In this document: piece by piece, positions 38,416 to 47,334 of the stretch
Position numbering within the stretch: the first letter of the stretch is position 1
Layout: the number at the start of each line of letters is the position of its first letter
Sequence record: MT661596.1
Strand: one strand, 5' to 3'
Length of the DNA stretch: 64,000 bases
Program-made: the position numbers and the translations under genes
The notes under the pieces: model-generated
The model's database searches: none
Told to the model about the DNA's origin: nothing
The model's input: the letters and a program-made list of their open reading frames with translations, nothing else

Positions 38416-38504
38416 ATAGTAAATATCAACTAATCTGAACTAACATATACACGTAGTACCAAAACAATTAACCTTAACCAAAAACCTAAAAGAAGGAATT
38501 ATCT

Positions 38505-38942
38505 ATGTCTAACGAAATCAACGCAAGCGTACGTGCTAAAGCTGACTTACTGAAATCTGCAATGACTGTTGGTGATAAAGGTGCAATCACTGTTGAGCAA
38601 GACTGGTATGTCAAAAACCTGCCTGCTGACATCACCCCTGAGCAGTTAACCGCACTTCAAGAAGACGTTACCACGACAACTGCGGCGTTAGCCCTAGCAG
38701 CTGGTGAACTCGCTGCACCTATCTTTAAAGAAGATGAATCTATCACAGAAGCATCTGCTCACTTAAACATCGGTGCCCACCGTATCCCTGTAACTGTAGT
38801 ACGTGACTATACTCATGGTAAAGAAAGTTATCATGGTCATGTGATTGCTGGTTATGAAGTAAACGCGACTGGTCCTGATGCATCTCAATTAACAACTGTA
38901 ATTTCCCATGTACGCGCATTAGCTGATGACCTTTTAGGTTAA
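38505..38942 (+). CDS. hypothetical jumbo-phage protein
   Basis: 145 aa, AAGGA RBS, followed by a hairpin+TTTATGCC terminator at 38969-39001. Confidence 0.75.
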   Translation: MSNEINASVRAKADLLKSAMTVGDKGAITVEQDWYVKNLPADITPEQLTALQEDVTTTTAALALAAGELAAPIFKEDESITEASAHLNIGAHRIPVTVVRDYTHGKESYHGHVIAGYEVNATGPDASQLTTVISHVRALADDLLG

Positions 38943-39037
38943 TTGTAGTTCTTTCCATGTAGTCCTTTGGTGGGTGTAAAAACCCACCTCTTTTTATGCC
39001 CTTTAAATTTAATAAATTAATTTCCCTGGAGTTTAAC

Positions 39038-40783
39038 ATGAAACAATTATTAACTGGTTATACTGTAAACAATTCTTTAAATAATCCTGGCTTGCTCACA
39101 TTCATGGGGTCGTTCCTAAAAATTGATGCGACAGACACTCCTATTAGAACACACCATAGTTGGGAAGTTGCGTCTAATGTTAATACCGCTCACATTGATT
39201 CTGTTAAGGTGGTGCTAGATACAATTATTCACCATAACGCGTCGCAACCAACTATTGCAAAATCGGTAGCCTCAATTAACATCATTGGCGATGTTGTTGT
39301 GGCTGATGTTGTGAACTACAAGAAGGGCGACCATAAAGTATTCACATCTCTCTTATCTATGAATGGTGTGATTATCTCTGAAGTCCCTTATATGGGTGAG
39401 GAGATTATTGGTTGTGACGAATCTATTCGTCGTTGTTACAACATGGTTTGGGCACCTGAAGGTTATCGTCATTGGACTAACAGTAATGGTTTACATCAAA
39501 TTACCTGTGAACAGGCATTGGATACTTTAAACAAAGCCCATGTAACTTTAACAGGTGTTGATATCACAAAAACATCTGATGTAAATCCTAAGATACAAGT
39601 ATTAACGATGCCTTTAGAATTAACAAGTCATGAGAACCCTTACGTCATGACATCGATTAGTAAAATCAAATTATGGTTGGAAGGAAGTAACATTGTTGAT
39701 ACATGCAAAACCATGTTACAGGGCATTACCATCACTGGTGATGTGGTTGTTGGTCATTTTACACACAAGAATGCACTAGACCCTAATATCTCTAGCTGTA
39801 CAGCTTTAGTTTATGTTCAAGGTAATCATGTTAGTATTTCAATTACAACAACTAACACCACCGAAGCAATTACGGCTGAAGCCGCCATTCGTGGCGCGTA
39901 CAAATTAGTATACGCTAATACGGCTAAAGAAGGTGATACCGTAAACGATGGATACACGTTAACATTAGCTAATGCGTACAACTTATTACTAAACGACTTA
40001 ATCGACCAGGGTGTTGACGAAAAAACCTTACCTGGTATTTGCTCAAATGTTGATAAAGGTAATATTCTTACGGTGCCGGCTGTCGATGTAAACTCTCAAA
40101 CTCACACCTCGGCTGTTATCGGTGGTTTGAATTACGGGGTAGTGGCGATGATTGGTGCGGCAACACCTATTACCAAATCTAAGCTTACCGGTTTTCCATT
40201 TTGTGGTGGCGTTGCTGGTTTAGCTGGCTTTGACCAATCCAATACTGAAGTTCTTGGTGTGTACGCGTGTAATTCGGATGGTATCAAACAAATGGCTGAT
40301 GACCTACTTAGACATGATGATAGTAAAACAGAATCTCGCTCAGCAGCAGCGTCATTGTTATCACCTACTGGGTTTGAACCTAAAGGTGATGTCAATACAT
40401 CAGCTGAGCGTTGCTCTATGGTAGGTAAGTCTACATCTAGTAAAGCTGACTTTGCGGCTGGTATCCGTTCACTCGACCCATCAAAAGTATCTTTCATGGT
40501 GACTCAATTCGAAACGCCTAAAGTGTGTTACGAAGATGTTAGTGGTGATGATGAAGATGACACTGTCGTGAAATACATCTCGCGCCCAGTTCTTCTTGAT
40601 GAAGAATCAGGTGAGTGTGTTGTTGTTAGTGAAGAAGATTGGTTAACAGGTAATGCTGAAGCTAATCTATTCTCTGTGTACGCCGTATGTGATTCTGGTG
40701 AGCACGTTTGTGTTGCTGACTTTGATACTAAAGATGCAGCTGACGCTGTAGCACTTATATTAAATCAGTTACATCGTTTATAA
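39038..40783 (+). CDS. multidomain protein with two internal repeats resembling the phage gp49/gp66 family
   Basis: GGAG RBS at ATG 39038; repeats INIIGDVVVAD / ITITGDVVVGH; NG...E.IG...N.VW..EGY in repeat 1. Confidence 0.55.
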   Translation: MKQLLTGYTVNNSLNNPGLLTFMGSFLKIDATDTPIRTHHSWEVASNVNTAHIDSVKVVLDTIIHHNASQPTIAKSVASINIIGDVVVADVVNYKKGDHKVFTSLLSMNGVIISEVPYMGEEIIGCDESIRRCYNMVWAPEGYRHWTNSNGLHQITCEQALDTLNKAHVTLTGVDITKTSDVNPKIQVLTMPLELTSHENPYVMTSISKIKLWLEGSNIVDTCKTMLQGITITGDVVVGHFTHKNALDPNISSCTALVYVQGNHVSISITTTNTTEAITAEAAIRGAYKLVYANTAKEGDTVNDGYTLTLANAYNLLLNDLIDQGVDEKTLPGICSNVDKGNILTVPAVDVNSQTHTSAVIGGLNYGVVAMIGAATPITKSKLTGFPFCGGVAGLAGFDQSNTEVLGVYACNSDGIKQMADDLLRHDDSKTESRSAAASLLSPTGFEPKGDVNTSAERCSMVGKSTSSKADFAAGIRSLDPSKVSFMVTQFETPKVCYEDVSGDDEDDTVVKYISRPVLLDEESGECVVVSEEDWLTGNAEANLFSVYAVCDSGEHVCVADFDTKDAADAVALILNQLHRL

Positions 40784-40920
40784 TACAATCGGAGTCGTGT
40801 AATACTCCTTAATCCATTTTGCTCGGTCTTATTACACACCTTACGAAAATTAGACACGCCCTAAGTAGCTTCGGTTACTTAGGGCAACCTACCCTTACAT
40901 TTTATTTTTGGTAATTAATA

Positions 40921-41850
40921 ATGAGAACATTAAACGTCTTCATTGCTTTTAACACTAATCATCTACAAACCAAGTTCAATGTACTTTTAGAGGCATCTAA
41001 GCTAGAAGATTTTAAGTATCGGATGAACACGGTACTTAATCTTTTCAATCTAGAAATTAAACATCGAGCAACTGTCACCATCCCTACTTCTAATCCCTCT
41101 GTTTATGATGAGACTGTTGTGTATGATGTTAGCATTAAAGACATCCACGATATCTCCGGTTTGTACTTCAGCCCTAACGGTATCTTTAAACTAATGATTG
41201 AAGTTGTTAAAGGGTCTGAAAATAACCTGTTTGAAAGCAAAGATATTATCAAAGCAATTAAGGCGTGTTTAGACGTTGCTTACTCTGGTAACCAACCAAC
41301 CACTGATATTTATAATGACATATGGTTATTATCGATAAAGTACGTTATAACTCGTTTAGAGAATCCGAAGCTACAAGTTAAAATTTGTTATAATGATAAG
41401 TTCAAAGAACTTAATAACATCGCGCCTATCCAGGATATAAACACCGCAAACTGTATTGGCGTCAAAGTCAAGAATGGTTTACTTGGTGAAGCTCTTGATT
41501 ACTTCAACGATATCTTTGATGTGGCACCTGAGCGAATTATAGAGTTCGGTGGCGACCTCAGCGACCTAAATACGATTATCACTAGTATAAAAGAATGTAA
41601 GCTCGCGTATGGTATACTTAAACCAATAATCATGTTGGATAGTGATTCACCTTCTATTGTAGAATTCATTAATGCTTGCAGAGACACTGGTTCTCTTGGT
41701 GTTATTTTAGACGCTGGTACTTCCACTAAACATGCTAACTTCTTACCCGATTATATATTCCATATTGAGAAGACTGTCGATAATGGAGTCTCTATCACAA
41801 TGCTTCGTAGTCGTGATACCGCAACTGGCGCTAAAGTAACTGTCTTTTAA
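40921..41850 (+). CDS. hypothetical protein
   Basis: 309-aa ORF. Confidence 0.7.
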   Translation: MRTLNVFIAFNTNHLQTKFNVLLEASKLEDFKYRMNTVLNLFNLEIKHRATVTIPTSNPSVYDETVVYDVSIKDIHDISGLYFSPNGIFKLMIEVVKGSENNLFESKDIIKAIKACLDVAYSGNQPTTDIYNDIWLLSIKYVITRLENPKLQVKICYNDKFKELNNIAPIQDINTANCIGVKVKNGLLGEALDYFNDIFDVAPERIIEFGGDLSDLNTIITSIKECKLAYGILKPIIMLDSDSPSIVEFINACRDTGSLGVILDAGTSTKHANFLPDYIFHIEKTVDNGVSITMLRSRDTATGAKVTVF

Positions 41851-41897
41851 TTCAATCACACATTAAACAACATAATGCTAACAAAGGAAACATTATA

Positions 41898-42518
41898 ATG
41901 AACGTACTTAAATTAGACCCGCGTAAATTAGCCAATCAAACAGATAACGTTGACATCAACGTCGGTGTCTGTGAACACTTCTTAGGTAAGTTACACGGTT
42001 ATATTGAAGCTGCCTTAAACAATAATTTATTTTTAGGGATTGAGTGCATTAACATGTGGCACCGTGGCTTTTCTGTTGAAGGAGCTGCTCTCTACGTGAT
42101 TCGCTCAGCAATAACCGAAGCGTATCGCAATAACCTTGATGAGGGTGTCATATCTGATGAAGTTTACGAACCACTGGTGAATGAATTTAAAAGTCGTCTT
42201 GTTTCCATCCCTGATTGGTGTGACTATTACAATATCATGCTATCATCAGCTGAGACAGTTAAACCCGCTGAAGAAGTTCAAGCTATCTTTCTACGACGTA
42301 TTGCAGAACGGGACGAGCTGTTAGAAATTGCTATTAAAGACTCCAATTCAACAATCCAGCGCTATAAAGCACCTCGGATTCGTTTGTGTGAGCATGATAG
42401 CCGATTGAACGATATCTATCACCCGGACGAAGCTGCTTTGATTGGTGCTTACCGTTTTGATATTAAACGTACTGTTGTTACTTTATTTAACAACACGTAC
42501 AGTAGTATGAGGGTTTAA
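41898..42518 (+). CDS. hypothetical protein
   Basis: 206 aa, AAGGA RBS. Confidence 0.7.
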   Translation: MNVLKLDPRKLANQTDNVDINVGVCEHFLGKLHGYIEAALNNNLFLGIECINMWHRGFSVEGAALYVIRSAITEAYRNNLDEGVISDEVYEPLVNEFKSRLVSIPDWCDYYNIMLSSAETVKPAEEVQAIFLRRIAERDELLEIAIKDSNSTIQRYKAPRIRLCEHDSRLNDIYHPDEAALIGAYRFDIKRTVVTLFNNTYSSMRV

Positions 42519-42519
42519 A

Positions 42520-42819
42520 ATGGCTGTTAAGAAAGAAAGCTATCGTTCTGTCTCTGTTGATATAGATAAGCGATTGAACTACGTCACTAAAGACCCTGAA
42601 CCAAACTGTTCGATGTACGCAACAGTAAATCAAGATGATGTAGTCATCAGAACATCGACTGACCTTAAGTTGACCGAGTTACTCACTGGCTTCATGAATG
42701 AGCACGTTGGTAAAGGTGTGAGTATTGTCTACACGGCTCTGGACGATGATGGTTTGTCTATTCAGTATCAACTTGAAGACAGTGGTTCAATTCACAGCAC
42801 TACTTTGAAAGTGGTTTAG
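42520..42819 (+). CDS. hypothetical protein
   Basis: 99 aa, GAGG RBS. Confidence 0.65.
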   Translation: MAVKKESYRSVSVDIDKRLNYVTKDPEPNCSMYATVNQDDVVIRTSTDLKLTELLTGFMNEHVGKGVSIVYTALDDDGLSIQYQLEDSGSIHSTTLKVV

Positions 42820-42821
42820 TT

Positions 42822-43181
42822 ATGAAGCTAATGACGGCTCAAATGGCTAAGTGGCGGAAAGTACCTGAAGGGTATGTTTTTATAGACACAACCATTAAAT
42901 CAGGCGAGCCTATGTTAGCCCCGACTTGGGATATGGTAGCTAGACATAAAGCAGGTACACTAACGAATGATTTGTATACAGAAATGTACTACGATATCAT
43001 GAGGAATAGATATAGGCAAAATCACTTATGGTTTAATGAATTCTGTGGAAAGGAGTTTGTTGTTATATCTTGTTATTGTAAGAACGGGTGTTTCTGTCAC
43101 CGATATTTACTTGTTGACATCATCCGTAAGCTCTGTCTTAGTTTTGGCTATCCATTTGAATACCTTGGTGAAATAACTTAA
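42822..43181 (+). CDS. DUF488-like protein
   Basis: LAPTWDMV and ISCYCKNGCFCHRYLL motifs. Confidence 0.7.
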   Translation: MKLMTAQMAKWRKVPEGYVFIDTTIKSGEPMLAPTWDMVARHKAGTLTNDLYTEMYYDIMRNRYRQNHLWFNEFCGKEFVVISCYCKNGCFCHRYLLVDIIRKLCLSFGYPFEYLGEIT

Positions 43182-43183
43182 AC

Positions 43184-43250
43184 CGGCATAAAGAGAGACT
43201 CTCCCCGCAAGGGAAGGGTCTCTCTGTTTTATGCCAATCTTTTTTTTTTT
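43184..43250. terminator. bidirectional terminator
   Basis: cggcataaa + agagactctccc-cgcaa-gggaagggtctct + ttttatgcc + T-run, between convergent genes. Confidence 0.85.
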
Positions 43251-43252
43251 TG

Positions 43253-44122
43253 TTAACCGCGTACTTGTTCAGCACGAGTCTTCTGGATATCCTCTCGGAA
43301 ACCATGTTGTACAGCATCAAGGTCAGCCGTACTAGACTTGAAGCGGTCAGGCAGGTCTTGAGTATGTGGGTTAGCCCCTTCCAGACGCATATCACGAAGG
43401 AACGACTGCGCCATCAGGTCAACAGCGTAGTTCATGATAGTTGTACCAGCAAACTCAATAGAGTGAGTCAGTAGAGATGGTCCTGAAGATTTATCTTTAC
43501 GTGATTCACGAGTACCTGAAGACTTAGGCCACATACCCACAACCAGATACGCATTAATAACTTCTTTGTGTGTTGGGTCTGGTTCAATGTACAGACAGGT
43601 CATACTGTACATGTCTGGCAGTAAGTCTTTAGGTGGGTTAGGGTAGGTCATGATAAGAGGAACTTTCGCATCCTGGTCCATGATACCTAAACGAATCCAC
43701 CACTCAAGTAATGTACCGTGTGGGAAACCGTATTTTTCATCGATTTCGTGGTTTGGTACGGGTTGTTGTTGGGTGACGTTGCTTGGGTCTTGTTGAGTTG
43801 CACCTGCACCACCTGCGGTTTGAGTAATCTCATCCACAGTAAGGGCTCGTTGGAACCCTGTGATAGTACGTGAGTGTTTCTCCATCATCGCCTTGATGTT
43901 ACCATGCCAAACTTCTGGATGGTCAAGATGATTAATGAACCCTGGGGTTTCCAACACAATACAGATTAACTGCTGTTGACGGAATGACGCATTATCAACA
44001 TATCGTGCTAGGTTCGCTGTGAACCCGTGGTAACCACCTGTAACAACGTTTACCATTGTGGCGTTAGTAAAGGTAGCCGGGCCTACGCCAGGCTGGGCTA
44101 CGCTGTCAGTAAAACGTGGCAT
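43253..44122 (-). CDS. tail tube protein (phiKZ gp30-like)
   Basis: 289 aa directly downstream of the sheath; EKYG......L..WI..G..D pattern. Confidence 0.8.
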   Translation of the reverse strand: MPRFTDSVAQPGVGPATFTNATMVNVVTGGYHGFTANLARYVDNASFRQQQLICIVLETPGFINHLDHPEVWHGNIKAMMEKHSRTITGFQRALTVDEITQTAGGAGATQQDPSNVTQQQPVPNHEIDEKYGFPHGTLLEWWIRLGIMDQDAKVPLIMTYPNPPKDLLPDMYSMTCLYIEPDPTHKEVINAYLVVGMWPKSSGTRESRKDKSSGPSLLTHSIEFAGTTIMNYAVDLMAQSFLRDMRLEGANPHTQDLPDRFKSSTADLDAVQHGFREDIQKTRAEQVRG

Positions 44123-44123
44123 A

Positions 44124-46181
44124 TTACTCTAAATCCTCTTGGTTACGTGATACTACCGTGAACGAACCGATGTACATACCTTTATTGAAGGCAGCCGACA
44201 CTTCACAAGAGTAACGAACACGACTGTTGATATCGCGAATAGTGCGGAAAGCAGTGATATCGATAATAACACGATTATCGTATTTATCTTTCGTTAGGTC
44301 TTCGAGAATAGTCTTCAGTCGACTTAAGTTCTGCGCTGTTGTACGACGAGTATCAACACCAAGCATCTTGTAAGCCTGCTGGCATTTCTTCTCAAGGTCG
44401 ATACAGATAGTCACAGCAATCTCATCACGAATGGTTGAAGACTCGTGTTCGTAGATTGACTGAACGTGTGGCACATACGCATAACGACGGGAGTGCGTCA
44501 TGGCGTAGTTAAGACCCGCAGACCAGTTCTTATTACGTACTTCATTTGGTTCCCAAAGCACGTCCATGTTTTTGAGCAGTTGGACTTTGTTGTTCTCAGC
44601 TGCGTCATAGGCAAACTCATTCTTAAGAACCCCATCAGCTGACCCAGCGTAGCGTGCACGCTTATATGCGTGGTCAATCAGATGTGGAACAAATGCATCG
44701 GAGTCATCCCCTGCAATTTGACCTGACTGCATGAACATGAAGAAGCGACACGCACCCGTACCATACAGAGTTGACTCTGGGAACAGTTGTGCATAGGTAC
44801 GTAAAGCAGCACCTAGAGAGCGTTGCTCTTGGGCAGACAGACGAACACGACCAGGTAAAGAGGTTGAACCATAGATACCGATATCTTTACGTTTACCAAG
44901 TAAGGAAATCATGGCTTTCTTAGTTTCAATGGAGTAGTTCGCATCCCAGTAGGAACTCACCGGATAACGAGCCTCATCCAACATTTCAATCCCAGGCAGG
45001 TAGCCATAGTTTTCAAATTGGGTCCGGCAGAGTTTGTCGTAAACTTCTTCTGACATCTCGCCATCACTACCACCTTCAGCGTAGTACACCGCTACATCGT
45101 TCATGTTAATACCGCCTTCGGCGATACCTTGTAAACGGAAAGTGTAGTAAGGGAAACCATTAAAGTCTAATGCGCTGATGAAGTTAATCTGGTGCTGACC
45201 ATTTGGAACTTTTGCAATTGTTTCATTTGCATCAGTCTCTGCTTTATACAGCATATTCAGAACGGTATCCAAGTTTTTCTCATACAAGAAATAATTGGTT
45301 AGTGGTCCTGGCATAGGCACTGTACCATCGTCGCCTTCATTAGCATAATCGCGAATACGGAGATTAAGGTCGTACTTAAACTCGGTTGATTTGTCAACGA
45401 CGTTACGACGGAACGAGAAGTCAATCTCAGCAGAGTGACCTTGAGTCAGTTTTACAACTGGTGTAGACTGTATGTCAGGGCGTTCGTATAAACGCATGCG
45501 ATACAGTTGTGCAGCTTGGTCTACAGCTACACTCACGTTTAAAGGGTCATTACCTTTAGCGTTAGGTGCCCAAATAGACAGACCAACGTTATTACCAAAT
45601 TCACCCGGGGACGGAACTTCTAAATCCATGATAGGATAGAAGTCTGACTGTACACCTGTAGATGAAGTCATTTCACCTTTTGCTTTCTCGCCCGCACCTA
45701 CAGCACGAGTAACATCACGGTTAATAACCAGACGACCAATATAGCCATCACGGGTATCACCTGTTAGGATATAGTTACCGTCTTTATCACGAACCCCATC
45801 ACCGTCATCATCACGCTGAATGTCAGGTATTTTATCTTTTACAATTTCAATACCTAACGTAAACATTGCTGGTTTTAGCGCATCTTCTGGGTGGACACGT
45901 TGAACCAACATCATATTACCGACACGACTAAAGATGTTAGCATACACAGAACCCATGGTAAAATACTTACTTAGGCTATTAAATGTTTTGCTACCATAGA
46001 GCGTGGTAAGTAGGACTGGGTCAATCAGCTGCGGCGTCAAATCACCACGCTCAGCCAACAGGTAAATGTGCGGCAGGTTCTGCGGATATTCCTCAGGTAC
46101 TGGCACAGGTGCTTTCATGGAGTCATCACGAATACCGTTAAGGATATAACGTGGACCTCCATTAGAAATATTAGACATCAT
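44124..46181 (-). CDS. tail sheath protein (phiKZ gp29-like)
   Basis: start at CAGGAG-preceded ATG 46181 (MMSNISNGGPRYILNGIRDDS); PQNLPHIYLLAERG; ~685 aa. Confidence 0.85.
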   Translation of the reverse strand: MMSNISNGGPRYILNGIRDDSMKAPVPVPEEYPQNLPHIYLLAERGDLTPQLIDPVLLTTLYGSKTFNSLSKYFTMGSVYANIFSRVGNMMLVQRVHPEDALKPAMFTLGIEIVKDKIPDIQRDDDGDGVRDKDGNYILTGDTRDGYIGRLVINRDVTRAVGAGEKAKGEMTSSTGVQSDFYPIMDLEVPSPGEFGNNVGLSIWAPNAKGNDPLNVSVAVDQAAQLYRMRLYERPDIQSTPVVKLTQGHSAEIDFSFRRNVVDKSTEFKYDLNLRIRDYANEGDDGTVPMPGPLTNYFLYEKNLDTVLNMLYKAETDANETIAKVPNGQHQINFISALDFNGFPYYTFRLQGIAEGGINMNDVAVYYAEGGSDGEMSEEVYDKLCRTQFENYGYLPGIEMLDEARYPVSSYWDANYSIETKKAMISLLGKRKDIGIYGSTSLPGRVRLSAQEQRSLGAALRTYAQLFPESTLYGTGACRFFMFMQSGQIAGDDSDAFVPHLIDHAYKRARYAGSADGVLKNEFAYDAAENNKVQLLKNMDVLWEPNEVRNKNWSAGLNYAMTHSRRYAYVPHVQSIYEHESSTIRDEIAVTICIDLEKKCQQAYKMLGVDTRRTTAQNLSRLKTILEDLTKDKYDNRVIIDITAFRTIRDINSRVRYSCEVSAAFNKGMYIGSFTVVSRNQEDLE

Positions 46182-46377
46182 AGTCTCCTGAATTTCTGTT
46201 AGACATTGTGAAACATCGAAACCGGTTTCTTTTTGCCCTTGCAAGGGATACATTTACTTCCCGACGAAACCATCACAGGTTTGTAAATGTTATGGCTCAC
46301 TAATAGATTTAATCCTAACAGTGCCATAGAATAAAGTGTTAATTATTACAAAGCTCATTAATAGAGGAATCTAGGTC

Positions 46378-47334
46378 ATGTTTAAAACTCCGTATGAAAC
46401 CACGGCGGCGAGATTTTACAAGACCGATAATATCAAAAAAGAACTGCGGGATGCTAAAGCTGACGGCTTACTTACATCGGCTGAAGTGCCGGTTCCAGTT
46501 ACCCCTGCATCTACTGATATTGCCGGTCCTGTCTTAACTAAAAACCATTGGTATGTTTTACATAACTCCCGTGTTGAAGATTTAGTTCAACCTTTCTTTC
46601 ACCCTATCATATTTAAAGATTCAATGGCTCGTCAGAACATTGCTATCAATTTACGCGAGTCTGTATCTGACGGGGGTAGTGAAGGTCTTGTCATTCGTAA
46701 CCGAAATGGGCTGATGGATGCCGAGCAACAAATCATTCGAATGAAGGCGGTTTGGTTCTGGCATGAGAAAGACCCAGAAGCAATGCTTAATATCTCAACA
46801 CTACCTATTAAAGTATTTGGTCGCTGGGTGACGGAACCAATTGCTCGTAACCTAGGGTTAGGTTTTGATATCACACCAAGACTGCTTGCATACACTAGCT
46901 ATTTCTTTTTATGTCAGTTTGCTGATAGAGAAAAAGTTGAACATGATTTCCTTATCAACTGCATGAACCGGATATCAATACAGGCGGGTATTGACCGTCA
47001 TGTTGTTATGGATGTGTTAGGTGCGGTTCCGTTTATCGGCACTATTGCTGAGTTCTGTGAACATGCCAAAGAACACGTTGGGTCTGAGCAGTTAGGTATG
47101 CTGACACCTAAGTTAATGGTTCGTATTTGTGGTAACGCCTGGTTTGGTGCTAACGCCCAAGAATCTTCTGCGATTGCTTTAGAATTCCCTCCTTACCTGA
47201 TGTCTATGATGTACGGTGTTATTGGTAGTCGTCTGTATAGAAATACAGCGCTTGGTAACATTCTCGAACGTAAGGGTATCCGCGAACACGGTGAAGACTT
47301 CCGCAAATCATTCAGCAACCTTATTACTAACTAA
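46378..47334 (+). CDS. virion structural protein (phiKZ gp28-like)
   Basis: 318 aa, divergent from the sheath, MFKTPYETT start; recalled synteny. Confidence 0.65.
   Translation: MFKTPYETTAARFYKTDNIKKELRDAKADGLLTSAEVPVPVTPASTDIAGPVLTKNHWYVLHNSRVEDLVQPFFHPIIFKDSMARQNIAINLRESVSDGGSEGLVIRNRNGLMDAEQQIIRMKAVWFWHEKDPEAMLNISTLPIKVFGRWVTEPIARNLGLGFDITPRLLAYTSYFFLCQFADREKVEHDFLINCMNRISIQAGIDRHVVMDVLGAVPFIGTIAEFCEHAKEHVGSEQLGMLTPKLMVRICGNAWFGANAQESSAIALEFPPYLMSMMYGVIGSRLYRNTALGNILERKGIREHGEDFRKSFSNLITN

Noticed and set aside
43138-43474. Short ORFs at the DUF488/tail-tube junction
   Set aside because: They span a bidirectional terminator and lie antisense to real genes
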